64,000 nucleotides of DNA from Thermodesulfobacteriota bacterium (GTDB lineage Bacteria > Desulfobacterota > Desulfarculia > JACQYL01): contig CAXXLZ010000002.1 of the NCBI GenBank assembly GCA_963675595.2, positions 1,216,001 to 1,280,000 of the forward strand, read 5' to 3'. A program made the position numbers and the translations under genes. Position 1 is the stretch's first letter, and each line of letters begins with the position of its first letter. This document shows positions 27,609 through 39,174 of this stretch, piece by piece. The notes beneath the pieces were generated by a model. The model was not told where the DNA came from, did no database searches, and worked only from the letters and a program-made list of their open reading frames with translations.

Positions 27609-28625
27609 TCAGCGAGCCGGCGATACCGCCGGCGTTTGCTTTGCGAGGGTTTCCACGGCCGTTTCGGGGGCGCCGAACAATCTGTCCGTGAACCTCACAT
27701 ACCAGGCTGCGGACTGCACCTGAATGATATAGGCCATGGCCACCACCAGTGCGGCGCTGGAGCCCTGTTCCCCGAAAGCGTTCATGGCGATGGCCAGAGC
27801 GATGGAAAGATTGCGCATCACCGTGCCGTAGACCAGGGCCACGGCGTCCCCTCTCGGCAGGAATCGGCGACCCACCAGGGTGCTCAGCAGGTAGTTCAGG
27901 GCGTAGATAACGGTGAGAGGCGCAAGAATGGTGAGCAGCATCTGGGGTGCGCCGGCAATGACTTTGGCCTTGAGCGCCATGGCCACGAACACGATCCCCA
28001 AGACGCCGATGGTGGATAAGCCCGGAAAACGGGGGCCGATACGCTTCTGGAAATCCGGTTGCCCGTACTTTTTGATCAGGATCTGCTGAGTGACGAATCC
28101 AAGAATCATGGGCAGAAAAACAATGACGGCGATCTGTTGCATGACGGCCAAGACATCGACCGCGATTTGCGCTCCCATGAGATAGCGCACATAAAACGGG
28201 GTGGCCAGGGAACCCAGGGTCAGGCCGATGACGGTCATCTTGATCGCCGTGGCCACGTTGCCCTTGGCGAACCCGGTCCAGGAAATGGTCATGCCGCTGG
28301 TGGGCACCAGTCCGGCCAGCAGTAGCCCTAGCGCCATGAAGGGATGATTCGGGAAGAAGACCGACCCCACACCCAGAGCCACGAAGGGGATGACGCCGAA
28401 GTTGATCAACTGACTCAACCATTGGGCCCTGGAATCTCCGCCCTGAAACACGGTCTTGACCTTGAGGGTGACCATCATGGGATACACCATCAGAAACGTC
28501 AGGGGAATAATGAGTTTTTTCAGCACGGCGGGATCGGTGCTCAAGCCGTAGACAAATCCCAAGACCATCATGACCGGTATGGCCGTTACCAGATTCTTGT
28601 TGATCTTCTGCAGCACGCTCCACAT
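27609..28625 (-). CDS. ACR3/SBF (bile acid:Na+ symporter fold) membrane transporter
   Basis: ~10 TM; FLMVYPMM, LINFGVIP, PTSGMTISWTGFAKGN, MRNLSIALAIA. Confidence 0.88.
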   Translation of the reverse strand: MWSVLQKINKNLVTAIPVMMVLGFVYGLSTDPAVLKKLIIPLTFLMVYPMMVTLKVKTVFQGGDSRAQWLSQLINFGVIPFVALGVGSVFFPNHPFMALGLLLAGLVPTSGMTISWTGFAKGNVATAIKMTVIGLTLGSLATPFYVRYLMGAQIAVDVLAVMQQIAVIVFLPMILGFVTQQILIKKYGQPDFQKRIGPRFPGLSTIGVLGIVFVAMALKAKVIAGAPQMLLTILAPLTVIYALNYLLSTLVGRRFLPRGDAVALVYGTVMRNLSIALAIAMNAFGEQGSSAALVVAMAYIIQVQSAAWYVRFTDRLFGAPETAVETLAKQTPAVSPAR

Positions 28626-28669
28626 AGGTGGCTCCTTTCCTTTGCTCCAATCGGTTTGGATGAACCAAG

Positions 28670-28685
28670 ATCAATAAGCATGCCA
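28670..28685 (-). promoter_or_regulatory. Putative sigma54 (-24/-12) promoter
   Basis: TGGCATG-CTTA-TTGAT (GA instead of GC at -12); divergent from a sigma54 activator. Confidence 0.55.
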
Positions 28686-28847
28686 CACTCTCCGGCCTTC
28701 CATGTTGCCCAGCGCATCTATAACCTACTGTTTTTTGAGGATAAACCTATAAGACAGAACGATTTGACTCGTTGGAGAGTGCTACAGTAAACAGGAGTAA
28801 ACAATTTGTGAACGTTTACTATTAACACTCTAAAAGGGAATCATTCC

Positions 28848-30266
28848 ATGGCCGCCATCGCTCCGGCATTCGCCGACCTGCTCATCGACGCCATGGCCGA
28901 AGGCGTGTTCAGCCTCGACGACAAAGGTCGCATCACCTTGTGGAACCGCGCCATGAAACAGATCACCGGTTACAAGGCGGACGAGGTGTTGGGCCGATCC
29001 TGCAGCGTCTTGAATTTCAATCGTTGTCTGCACCGGGAATGCCCCTCGGGAATGCTCGACTGCGGCATCTTTGAACACGGCGGGGTGGACGCCAAGTCCT
29101 GTATGCTGAGGCATAAAGACGGCCACGACGTGCCGGTGGTCAAGAGCGCCCGGGTACTGAAAGACCGGGAGGGCCGAGTGATCGGCGTGGTTGAGACCGT
29201 CACCGACATGACCGCTCTGAGGGAGGCCGAACGGCGGATGGCGGAGGCCGCCCGCCGTCTGCGCGAGGTGCACCGCCTGGATAACATTTTGGGCAAAAGC
29301 CCCGGCATGCAGCAGGTGTTCCGGGCCATCGAGGCGGCCGCGGCCGGTGACGCGACCGTTCTCATCGAAGGAGAAAGCGGTACCGGCAAAGAACTGGTGG
29401 CCGGCGCCATTCATTACAACGGCGATCGCTCCGAAAAACCTTTGGTCACGGTCAACTGCAGCGCTTTGTCCGAATCCTTGCTGGAGAGCGAGTTGTTCGG
29501 CCATGTCTCCGGCGCTTTCACCGGTGCCACGCGCAATCGAATCGGCCGGTTTGAAGAGGCCCACGGGGGCACGGTGTTCCTGGATGAAATCGGAGAAGTG
29601 AGCCCCTTTATTCAGGTCAAACTGCTGAGGGTTCTGCAGCAGCGAACCATCGAACGAGTTGGGGAGTCCAAAACGCGGGCCGTGGATATCCGCGTCGTCG
29701 TGGCCACCAACAAACACCTGTTTGACTTGGTTCGAAGCGGGAAATTCCGAGAAGACCTTTACTACCGCCTGAAGGTGTTTCCCATACGAATCCCTCCCCT
29801 GCGCGACCGGCGTGAGGACATTCCCTTATTGATCGATCACTTCATCCATCGACAAAACAAAAAGACGGGCAAGCGGATTCAAGGCGTGACAGCCGAAGCC
29901 ATGCGGCTCCTCATGGAATACTCCTGGCCGGGCAATGTGCGCGAGCTCGAAAACGCGGTGGAACACGCCTTTGTCCTGGCCGCCGACCACTACATCGATG
30001 TGGCCGAACTGCCCGTGGAGATTCGTTGGCCGGCCGATTCCCTCATGTCGCCGAACGCGCATACCTACCCCTCGGTGGGAGGGCCACGCCCCAAGCTGGA
30101 TCGGAAACGTTTGACGGCCGAATTGGAGGCCTGCGGCTGGAACAAGAGCGAAGTGGCCCGAAAGACCGGGTACAGTCGTACCGCCGTCTGGAAGTACATG
30201 AAACGCTGGAACATTCCCCTTCAGCCGGAGGCGTCGTCCGATACGTCCGAGCCCAGTTCCGAATGA
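28848..30266 (+). CDS. PAS-domain sigma54-dependent transcriptional activator
   Basis: PAS; GESGTGKE; ESELFGH..GAFTGA; [10 protein letters not shown]; Fis HTH. Confidence 0.95.
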   Translation: MAAIAPAFADLLIDAMAEGVFSLDDKGRITLWNRAMKQITGYKADEVLGRSCSVLNFNRCLHRECPSGMLDCGIFEHGGVDAKSCMLRHKDGHDVPVVKSARVLKDREGRVIGVVETVTDMTALREAERRMAEAARRLREVHRLDNILGKSPGMQQVFRAIEAAAAGDATVLIEGESGTGKELVAGAIHYNGDRSEKPLVTVNCSALSESLLESELFGHVSGAFTGATRNRIGRFEEAHGGTVFLDEIGEVSPFIQVKLLRVLQQRTIERVGESKTRAVDIRVVVATNKHLFDLVRSGKFREDLYYRLKVFPIRIPPLRDRREDIPLLIDHFIHRQNKKTGKRIQGVTAEAMRLLMEYSWPGNVRELENAVEHAFVLAADHYIDVAELPVEIRWPADSLMSPNAHTYPSVGGPRPKLDRKRLTAELEACGWNKSEVARKTGYSRTAVWKYMKRWNIPLQPEASSDTSEPSSE

Positions 30267-30749
30267 CGGATGAGGAGACGGGGACCGGCCCACCACCTTT
30301 CCAGGCAAGCCCCGCGTTCCGAAGGGCTTATACCGAATTGCGTCCTCCCGAATGATACGGCAAACCGTGCCGCGAACCCAAGCGGGGCGCTGGGGAAAAC
30401 CCTCCCCCGGGTTTGTCCTCTTTTGTCGCCGGGTCGAACGAACCATGCTCCATGATCTCCTTCCCTCATCCCGCACTTACTCTTTGGACGACAATTTGCT
30501 CCATGAACCGCAGGGACCGTAACGACGTAAAGAGGCGCAACATAGGTCATCCGCACCGCATTCCTCCTTTTTCCCTTGACAGAAGGAGCCGGAGTTTTCT
30601 ACCGTTACATTATAGCTATTTTATAATTATCCTTTAAGTGTCGGAGGCGATCCTACGAGTCCCATCCGGCCCACAATCAGTGATCATGAAGAAGTCCGGA
30701 TGAGCGGGACCTCTTGTATGCACGGTTTCCAAAGAAACCTTTTTTTTGA

Positions 30750-31040
30750 GATTCGACTTATGTCGGTTTCGACATAAGGTACGAGGTCGGCTTGCAACGA
30801 AAGGGTCCGGCGGCCACGAAGACCATCTTCCATTGTTTTTCCGGGAGTCGCCGGTGAGTTCCTTTGCGGACGGGAAACATTCGGAGCACGACGCCCCGTT
30901 GCACGTTCCGGTTGTTTGGAGCCGGTCGCCTGTTCACTAAAAGCCTCCGGTCCCGGCTGCAACGCGGGCGGGCAACCCGCTCAAAAAGTTTTCGAAAGTG
31001 TCCGGGAAACCTTTTTCAAAAGGTTGTCCCGGATACCTGG
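30750..31040 (-). repeat. Dispersed hairpin-ended repeat (family of 39175-39585), partial
   Basis: CCGGGAAACCTTTTTCAAAAGGTTGTCCCGG hairpin plus GGTTGC.CGC..GCG..GCA.CCGGG flank; inner boundary approximate. Confidence 0.7.
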
Positions 31041-31082
31041 TAAATAAAACCCATCTTCCTTGGATTCACAAAGGGGAAGTGA

Positions 31083-33080
31083 ATGAGATACGGGGAAACG
31101 GGCTACAATCTGGAAATAGATTTGGCCACGGGAAACATCGAACGGGTGGAAACGGACCCGAAGTTGACCGAGCTTCACCTCGGAGGTCTGGGAACCAACG
31201 TCAAAATGCTGTGGGATCGAGTGCCTCCCGGAACCAAGGCCTTCGACCCTCAAAATCTGCTCATTTTCGCCTCCGGTCTTCTGTGCGGCACGCCCGCATT
31301 CAGCTGCAACCGCACCGTGGTTTCCACGGTTTCACCTCAAAACGACTTGATCGCCTATCCCATGATGGGCGGGTTCTGGGCCGCGGAACTCAAGTACGCG
31401 GGTTACGACAAAGTGGTCCTTCGCAACAAATCGCCACATCCGGTATACGTCTGGATTCACAACGACAAGGTGGAACTGCGCGATGCCTCTCATTTGAAGG
31501 GCAAAGGCGCGGTGGAAACGCAAGACCTGATTCGCAACGAGTTGAACCAGCCCAACGCCCAGGTGGCCGCCATCGGCCTGGCCGGAGAAAATAGAGTGTT
31601 CACGGCTTCCATCGAGCAGGGTCGGTCGAGCGCCAGCAGGCTCGGCGGGGGCGCGGTCATGGGAGACAAGAACGTAAAAGCCGTGGCCGTGCGCGGCACC
31701 AAGGACCTGTACCTCGCCCGAGGCGCCGAATTCATGGAGCACATGAGAGAGATCACGGCGTACATCAAGTACCGAAACGAGAATCCCATACCCGGAGTCA
31801 TGACCATCCTGGCGGGCATCGGGTCCCCTCAGGAAATGAAGCACACGGACGAAAAGTGGCACACCGAAAATTTCGCCTGGGGCAACGCCCGCGCTCGGAG
31901 GAAAGGTTTCTGGACCGAGGAAATCGAAGAGGACTGGACCAGGACCCAACTGAGCGCCATCAAGCGGTTGATCAGTTGCTTCAACTGCCCTCAGCAGTGC
32001 GGAGCGTTGATCGCCTACCAGGACGTCCCCAGGTACATGATGAAGTGCTTTTCGAAAATGACCTATTCCATGGCGGCTTTTGTGGACAACCTGGATTTCT
32101 CCTTTCGAATCGTCCAGCGCGCCACGGAGTACGGCGTCGACGGATTCTCGACTCCTCAGATTCTGGCTTTCGCCGTGGAGCTTTACGAGGCGGGGATCCT
32201 CACGGACAAGGATTTCGAAGGCTGCCCCTCCGATAAGGAGGGAAGATTCTATTGGCTGCTCGATCGGGTGGTCCGGCGGGAAGGGATCGGAGACGTGCTG
32301 GCCGACGGCACCTATTACGCGGCCAAGGCCATCGGAAACGGCGCGGAGGAATTCGCGCACAACAACATCAAGAAACATGAGCAGCTCCCTCTCAAGCTGG
32401 GCATGATGGACCCCCTCTATTACCTGATGTACTCCACCAACGAAAAGATCAGCATTACCCAGATCGAAGGAAACTGGCCCCAAGCGCCTTTTCTTACCAG
32501 AGAGGAAAGAGAAGCCTTTGTGGAGGACTGGCCGCAGCTTCCCGACGACAGGTTCAAGCAATACTTTTTGGACTGGGAACCGCGAGGCGAATTCTCCAAT
32601 CCCTATTTCCCGACTCCGGAAATGTGCTGCGACATCGTGGATTGGATGGAGACGGTACACAACATCGACGACGCCTTGGGGTTCTGCGCGGGTATGGGAT
32701 CCTTTTGCCTCAAGCCCCCCTACCACATCCACAACTATCCCAAGTTGATCTCTGCAGCCACCGGTTTGGATGTGGACGAGGCCGAACTGAAAAAGATCGT
32801 CCGAAGAAGCCGAAACCTGCACAGGGCGCTGAATATCAGAAACGGCCTGAGGCGATCCGACGAGAAGCCGCCCGAAGACCATTGGAAGAGAAGATTTCCG
32901 GAGCACGAAGAAAAGCTCTTGGACACCTACTACCGGTTCAAGGGATGGAACAACGACGGCGTGCCCACGAGAGAAACCTTTTTGGAGCTGGATTTGGGAT
33001 ATGTCGCCGAGGATCTGGAAAAGAGAGGGCTATTAAAGAATGGCCAAGATCGTCAAGAAAATCAAGACGGTACGAATTGA
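31083..33080 (+). CDS. bamB: Class II benzoyl-CoA reductase W-pterin active-site subunit (AOR family)
   Basis: MRYGETGYNLEIDL..., GSPQEMKHTDEKWHTENFAWGNAR, SCFNCPQQC, YMMKCF, HNNIKKHEQLPLKL, QIEG; closely follows the BamB sequence as recalled. Confidence 0.92.
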   Translation: MRYGETGYNLEIDLATGNIERVETDPKLTELHLGGLGTNVKMLWDRVPPGTKAFDPQNLLIFASGLLCGTPAFSCNRTVVSTVSPQNDLIAYPMMGGFWAAELKYAGYDKVVLRNKSPHPVYVWIHNDKVELRDASHLKGKGAVETQDLIRNELNQPNAQVAAIGLAGENRVFTASIEQGRSSASRLGGGAVMGDKNVKAVAVRGTKDLYLARGAEFMEHMREITAYIKYRNENPIPGVMTILAGIGSPQEMKHTDEKWHTENFAWGNARARRKGFWTEEIEEDWTRTQLSAIKRLISCFNCPQQCGALIAYQDVPRYMMKCFSKMTYSMAAFVDNLDFSFRIVQRATEYGVDGFSTPQILAFAVELYEAGILTDKDFEGCPSDKEGRFYWLLDRVVRREGIGDVLADGTYYAAKAIGNGAEEFAHNNIKKHEQLPLKLGMMDPLYYLMYSTNEKISITQIEGNWPQAPFLTREEREAFVEDWPQLPDDRFKQYFLDWEPRGEFSNPYFPTPEMCCDIVDWMETVHNIDDALGFCAGMGSFCLKPPYHIHNYPKLISAATGLDVDEAELKKIVRRSRNLHRALNIRNGLRRSDEKPPEDHWKRRFPEHEEKLLDTYYRFKGWNNDGVPTRETFLELDLGYVAEDLEKRGLLKNGQDRQENQDGTN

Positions 33081-33576
33081 CGCCGACAAGTGCAACGGCT
33101 GTCGGGCCTGTGAGGTGATCTGTTCCGCCTTTCACGCCGAACCCAAGTACGGCAGCATCAATCCGGCGAGGTCTCGCATCCGGGTGGTTCGCTATCCTCT
33201 GCAGGATATCTGGGTCCCCGTGTTCGCGGGTGAATACGCCCCGTCCGAATGCATGGGCAGAGACAGGTACACCATCGACGGGAAACAATACGAGGAGTGC
33301 GCCTTCTGCAGAGCCGCGTGCCCGTCCAGGGACGTATTCAAGGAACCCGATTCCGGCCTGCCGTTGAAGTGTGATATGTGTGAAGGGGAAGAGGAACCCC
33401 TGTGCGTCACCCATTGCCTTAACGACGTATTGATCTACGAGGTCCGGGAAGAGGAAGTGGAAGAGGACGAACGGGAGGAAATGGAAGACCTGGAGATCGG
33501 TCTGGAATCGTTGGCCGATCGATACGGCCTGGAAAAACTCAGGGACACCATCGCCCGAATGTCGGGCAAGTGCTGA
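33040..33576 (+). CDS. bamC: Benzoyl-CoA reductase Fe-S subunit
   Basis: CNGCRACEVICSAFH...ECAFCRAACPSRD.FKEPDSGLPLKCDMC. Confidence 0.92.
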   Translation: MAKIVKKIKTVRIDADKCNGCRACEVICSAFHAEPKYGSINPARSRIRVVRYPLQDIWVPVFAGEYAPSECMGRDRYTIDGKQYEECAFCRAACPSRDVFKEPDSGLPLKCDMCEGEEEPLCVTHCLNDVLIYEVREEEVEEDEREEMEDLEIGLESLADRYGLEKLRDTIARMSGKC

Positions 33577-33599
33577 GGCACCGATCATGAGCCGCTTAT

Positions 33600-33832
33600 T
33601 CACAGGGGGTCCGTCTCCAGGAGGACGAAGCCGAAACCCTGAGCCGGCGATCTAAAACATGCAACCTGCGAAGTCCTCGGCGAAAGCTCCGGGTATTACG
33701 GATCCGGCAACCTATTCAGTGAAAACGCTTAAACCCGGTTGCGGCGCACAAGGGAGCAACACTCTCAAGAAGTTGGGGAAAGTGCCCGAAAAAACCTTTT
33801 CCAGAAGGTTTTCCCGCATACCCCCTGAATGG
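33600..33832 (-). repeat. Dispersed hairpin-ended repeat between bamC and bamD
   Basis: AAAACCTTTTCCAGAAGGTTTT hairpin and body alignable by eye to 39175-39390 and 58920-59130. Confidence 0.7.
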
Positions 33833-33859
33833 ATACATCAAGAGAGGTAGAAGAAGCCG

Positions 33860-35011
33860 GTGGAAAATGTAGCCGATTACAGAGAGATCGTCGACGTCAT
33901 CAAAGAGAACGGTGGAGACGCTTTCAAACGCTGCTTTCAGTGCGGACTGTGCGACGTGGTGTGCCCGTGGAATCGGGTGGTGAATTTCAGCATGCGCAAG
34001 ATCGTGCGGCAGGCGTCCTTCGGCATGACCGAGATTGAAAGCGAGGACATCTGGCGTTGCACGACCTGCGGAAGATGCCCGCAGCGCTGCCCCAGAGACG
34101 TGCGGCAGATCGAATCCGGCATCGCCCTGCGAAGGATCGCTTCCGAATACGGAGTGTTTCCCAAGTCCGTGGCTCCCATCCGAACGGCGAACGCGAGTCT
34201 CGTCGGGGAGGGCAACCCGCTGAGCGAGAAACGGGACGACAGGGCGAACTGGGCCAAGGACGCTTCCGTGGCGGAATTCACCGAAGACATGGACCTCCTG
34301 TACTTTCCCGGCTGCTACCTGTGCTATGACCCCAGACTCAAGAAGGTGGCCCAATCCGCGGCCCATATTCTCAAGCAGGCGGAGGTCGATTTCGGAATAC
34401 TGGGATCCGATGAAAGCTGCTGCGGAGAAAGCATTCGCAAGACGGGCGACGAGGAACTCTTCAAACGGTTGGCCAAGGCGAACATCAAGACCTTTATCGA
34501 CCACGGAGTGAAGCGGGTTCTGGTTTCCTCCCCTCACTGCTATCATACGTTCAGGAACGAGTATCCCCAATTCATGGTCCACTTCGAAGTGGTTCACATC
34601 GCTCAATATCTCTACGACCTGATCCGGGAGGGAAGAATTTCGCTTTCAGGGAGTTATGAGAAAAAGGTCGTTTATCACGACCCCTGCTATTTGGGCCGGC
34701 ATAACGGTATCTATGACGAACCCAGAGAGATATTGAGAAAAATACCCGGGCTGGAGTTGCTCGAGATGCGGGAGTGCCGGGAGGACAGCTTGTGCTGCGG
34801 CGGCGGCGGAGGGCGCATCTGGATGGAAACGCCCAAGCAGGAGAGATTCTCCGACCTCAGGCTGCAACAGGCGGTGGACGCCGGGGCCGAGGTGTTGGTG
34901 ACTTCCTGTCCCTACTGCATCGCCAATTTCGAGGACGCCAAGCTCACCTGTGCCTTTGCCGAAAACCTGGTGATCAAGGACATTACGGAGATCATACGAG
35001 AAGTGGTCTAG
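33860..35011 (+). CDS. bamD: HdrD-like (4Fe-4S + two CCG domains) subunit
   Basis: CFQCGLCDVVCP, CTTCGRCPQRCP, ESCCG, YHDPCYLGR, CCGGGGG. Confidence 0.88.
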   Translation: MENVADYREIVDVIKENGGDAFKRCFQCGLCDVVCPWNRVVNFSMRKIVRQASFGMTEIESEDIWRCTTCGRCPQRCPRDVRQIESGIALRRIASEYGVFPKSVAPIRTANASLVGEGNPLSEKRDDRANWAKDASVAEFTEDMDLLYFPGCYLCYDPRLKKVAQSAAHILKQAEVDFGILGSDESCCGESIRKTGDEELFKRLAKANIKTFIDHGVKRVLVSSPHCYHTFRNEYPQFMVHFEVVHIAQYLYDLIREGRISLSGSYEKKVVYHDPCYLGRHNGIYDEPREILRKIPGLELLEMRECREDSLCCGGGGGRIWMETPKQERFSDLRLQQAVDAGAEVLVTSCPYCIANFEDAKLTCAFAENLVIKDITEIIREVV

Positions 35012-35119
35012 TCGGGGTGCTTTCCCAAAAGCGTCCCCCGGAAATGAGATTTAGGCCGTTAAGTACCGGCCCGAAGAGCCGGGCCGGCGTTCCGAGCAAG
35101 TTTGATGAGGAGATGAAAA

Positions 35120-38100
35120 GTGGACAGCGCGACGACTGAAGGATTCTTCTCCAACCTTCCCCAAGACAACCATTTTGGAGACGTCATGGTGGTGGGCGGA
35201 GGAATCAGCGGCATTCAGGCATCTCTCGATCTCGCCGCAGCGGGTTACAAAGTCTATCTGATTGAAAAGGGGCCCGCCATCGGCGGCCATATGGCCCAGC
35301 TCGACAAGACGTACCCGACCAACGACTGCTCCATGTGAATACTGTCTCCCAAACTGGTCGAGGTCGGCCGGCACCCAAACATTGAGGTCCTCACCTACAC
35401 GGAGATCAAAGACGTGGAAGGAGAGGCGGGAGACTTCAGCGTAACGCTGATCAAGAAGCCCAGGTACGTGCTGGAGGATAAATGCACGGGTTGTACCACC
35501 TGTGTGCAGTATTGTCCGGTTCACTACCCGGACCCATTCAATCAGGAAATATCCTCGAACAAGGCGATTCACATCTATTTCGCTCAGGCCATTCCCCTCA
35601 TCGCCTATGTGGATGAGAGCTGCCTTTACCTGAAAGAAAAGAAGTGCCGCATTTGTGAGGCGGTGTGCAAGAACGAAGCCATTGACCTCAATCAAGAGCC
35701 GGAGAAGCTTGAAATCAACGTGGGGGCGGTCGTTCTGGCTCCGGGTTATGAGCCTTTCGATCCCAAGGCAAAAAACGACTACGGGTACGGGAAATTCGAA
35801 AACGTGGTGACGAGTCTGGACTACGAGCGGCTGTTGTGCTCCACGGGACCGTATGAAGGCGAGGTGTTCCGCGCTTCCGACGGGAAGCACCCTCGTAAAA
35901 CGGCCTGGATTCAGTGCGTGGGTTCCAGAAGAGTCACCCCAGGAGACAACAGCTACTGTTCCGCCGTATGCTGCACCTATACACAGAAGCAGGTCATTCT
36001 TGCCAAGGATCATGATTCGGAAGCCGAATGCACCATATTCCACAACGACATTCGATCCTACGGCAAGGATTTCGAATCTTATTTTGAAAGAACTCGGCAA
36101 CTTCCCGGAGTGCGGTTCATACGAAGCTATGTTTCCGTGGTGGGGGAGATGCCGGAGACCAAGAACCTGTTGGTCCGATATGCGACTCCCGACGAAGGGG
36201 TGAAAGAGGAAGAGTTCGACATGGTGGTTCTGTCCGTGGGATTGACCCCCCCCGCCGATTTCACGGTACTCGCGGACAAGTTTGGAATCGAACTCAACGC
36301 GCACGGTTTCTGCCGGACCCTGCCCTCCAATCCCGTGGAAACCTCCAGACCCGGCGTCTTCGTGAGCGGCGCCTTCCAGGGTCCCATGGATATCCCGGAG
36401 TCGGTCTATTCCGCCGGCGGAGCAGGCTCTCAGTGCGGTGAATTCCTGAACTACAGGCGAGGCAAGCTCACCGGCGAACGAGTCTATCCCGACGAAGAGG
36501 ATGTCTCCCAAGAAGAGCCGAGAATCGGCGTTTTCGTGTGTCACTGCGGCGCGAATATCGGAAGAGTGGTGGATGTGCCGTCAACGGTGGAATACGCATT
36601 GAGCCTTCCTCACGTGGTTTACGCCCAGGAACAACTGTTTTCCTGCGCTACCAATTCCGCCCAGGAAATTACGGACAAGATCAAGGAAAAGGAGCTCAAT
36701 CGGGTAGTCATCGCCGCCTGCTCCCCCAGGACTTTGGAACCCCTGTTTCGAGACACCCTCCGAGAAGCCGGAATCAACCAATATTTCTGTGAGATGGCCA
36801 ACATCCGGGAGCACTGTTCCTGGGTCCACGCCAAGGAGCCGGAAGAAGCCACGAACAAGGCCAAGGATATCACCCGAATGTCGGTGGCCCGGGCGGCCCG
36901 CTTGGAGCCGTTGCTGGAGATCGATCTGCCGGTGAACAAGGCGGCGCTGGTGGTGGGCGGCGGCATTGCCGGCATGACCTGCGCCGTGTCCATCGCCGAA
37001 CAGGGCCACGAAGTCCATCTGTTGGAAAAGGATACGGACCTGGGGGGAACGGCGAGAAGAATCCATTCCACTTTGGACGGTCTGGACGTTCAGACCCACC
37101 TCCGGGACCTCGTGCGCAAGGTCTACCGCCATCCCGCGATCCACTTGTACACGAGCGCCGAGGTTACGGAGGCGACCGGTTACGTGGGGAACTTCGTCAC
37201 CAAGATCCACTCGGAAAGAGGACCGACGGAAATCAAACACGGAGCGGTCGTCCTCGCCGTGGGCGCCGACGAATATCGACCCGTGGAATACCTCTATGGA
37301 CAAGACGACCGGGTCATGACCCAGCTGGAACTGGAAGAACGCATCGCCGCCGAAGACGAGAAGTTGGACCGTTGCCGGAATCTGGTCATGATTCAATGCG
37401 TGGGATGCAGAAACGAAGACCGGAATTACTGCGCCCGGATTTGTTGCAGCCACGCGATCAAGAACGCGCTGAACCTGAAAGCGTCCCACCCCGAAACGGA
37501 CATCTACATCCTGTTCAGAGACATGAGAACCTACGGGTTCCTGGAGGATCATTACCGGGACGCTTCCGAAAAGGACGTGAAATTCATCCGTTATGAACCG
37601 GACGACAAACCGCGTGTGGAAGCGGTGGAAGAAGAGGGCCGCCCTGTTCTGAGGGTCACGGTTCCCGATTCCATCCTGGGGGAACGGCTCGCCCTGGATG
37701 CGGATTATCTCGTATTGTCCGCCGCCGTTGTTCCTTCCTCGGAAAACGCGGAAATCGCCAATTGGTTCAAGGCGTCCATTGGACCGGACGGGTTTTTCAA
37801 GGAAGCGCACGTCAAGCTGCGGCCCGTGGAGTTCAGCACGGAGGGTGTTTTCCTTTGCGGCATGGCCCACTATCCCAAGCACATACCGGAAGCGATCAAC
37901 CAGGCTTACGGAGCCGCGGGTCGGGTATTGGCCCTTCTCTCTCACGACGTGGTCACGGTTTCGGGCGCCGTTTGCGAGGTGGACGACAAGAAGTGCATCG
38001 GGTGCGGAGCCTGCATGGAAGCATGTGCGTACGGTGCCGTCGAGTTCCGTGAAACTCGACAGGGGCGAAAAGCCGTGGTGAACCCCGTGATCTGCAAAGG

Positions 38101-38245
38101 GGACGGCCTGTGCAACGCCATGTGCCCGACCGGAGCCATTCTGCTCAAGCATTTCACCGATGAAGAACTGGTGAGCCAGATCGACGCGGCGCTTCCCCAA
38201 GAAGAGACTCCGCAGCCCATGGATGCCGCCGTGGGGTACGCCTAG
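35120..38245 (+). CDS. bamE: HdrA-like flavin electron-bifurcating subunit, selenoprotein (UGA 35336-35338)
   Basis: ORFs 35120-35338 and 35414-38245 are in frame; [30 protein letters not shown] at a conserved Cys; SECIS-like hairpin 35354-35371; two GGGIxG FAD motifs. Confidence 0.9.
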
Positions 38246-38322
38246 CAGGTGTTTCTCAGCGGGCTGCTGGAGAAACGCCGATGAACAAAGCCGTGAACAC
38301 CGAACTTAGGAGTTGAAATCGA

Positions 38323-39147
38323 ATGAGAGCGGGACTCGAGTTCAAGCCGAGAATACTGGGTTTCGTGTGCCATTGGTGAGCATACGGGGCCGCGGACCTG
38401 GCTGGAGTTTCCAGACTACAGTATTCGACTGAGACCCGACTGATCCGGGTCATGTGTTCCGGCAGGGTGGATCTGGACTTTGTATTGAGAGCCCTGTCCA
38501 ACGGAATGGACGGCGTGTTCATCGGCGGCTGCCGACTGAACGAATGCAACTACGCCACCCATGGGAACTATTATGCCCTCAACATGGTGCTCTTGTGCAG
38601 GAAGCTGCTGAAACACATAGGAATGAATCCGGAGAGGTTGCGCTTGGAGTTCATGTCCGCCGGAGACGGAATCCTCCTGGCCGAAGGGATCACGAATTTC
38701 GGCAGAAAGGTGAAGGAATTGGGCCCCGTCGGTCAAGGGGAAGGGGCGGACAAAGAGGAGCTGAAAGCCGGAATAGAGGCGGTCAGGAAACTGGTTCCCT
38801 ACATCAAGATGGTGAAGAGAGAAAAACTGAATGCGCGTCTCAAAAACGAGGAAGCATACGAGACGTTTTTCACCGACGAGGAAATCGACGAGCTGTTCCG
38901 GAATGTGGCCTCCTACTATATAGACCCGGATCAATGCAAAGCCTGCATGATATGCCTCCGAAGATGCCCCGTGGAAGCCGTCGACGGGGGCAAGAACCGG
39001 ATTCACGTCATCGATCAGGACAAGTGCATCAAGTGCGGAACGTGTTTCGAAGCCTGCCCGCCTCGCTTCGGCGCGGTGAGGAAAGTCTGCGGTGAGCCCG
39101 TCCCGACTCCGATTCCCGAAGAACAAAGATCGATCCGGAAACAATAG
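38323..39147 (+). CDS. bamF: MvhD-like subunit with C-terminal 2x[4Fe-4S] domain, selenoprotein (UGA 38377-38379)
   Basis: AGGAG RBS; MRAGLEFKPRILGFVCHW-U-AYGAADLAG..RVMCSGRVD...GGCRLNECNY; hairpin CTGGA-GTT-TCCAG at 38402-38414. Confidence 0.9.
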
Positions 39148-39174
39148 AACCTAAGGAATTCATGTCCATTTAAT

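Noticed and set aside
30221-30962. Small ORFs between the sigma54 activator and bamB
   Set aside because: No recognisable motifs; region contains repeat sequence and a probable promoter (TTGACA near 30576)
31083-33080. Generic aldehyde:ferredoxin oxidoreductase
   Set aside because: BamB-specific motifs and the bamCDEF context indicate class II benzoyl-CoA reductase
35336-35338. bamE/hdrA as a pseudogene split by a nonsense codon
   Set aside because: The UGA is in frame at a conserved Cys with a SECIS-like hairpin; selenocysteine is the better explanation (likewise 38377)
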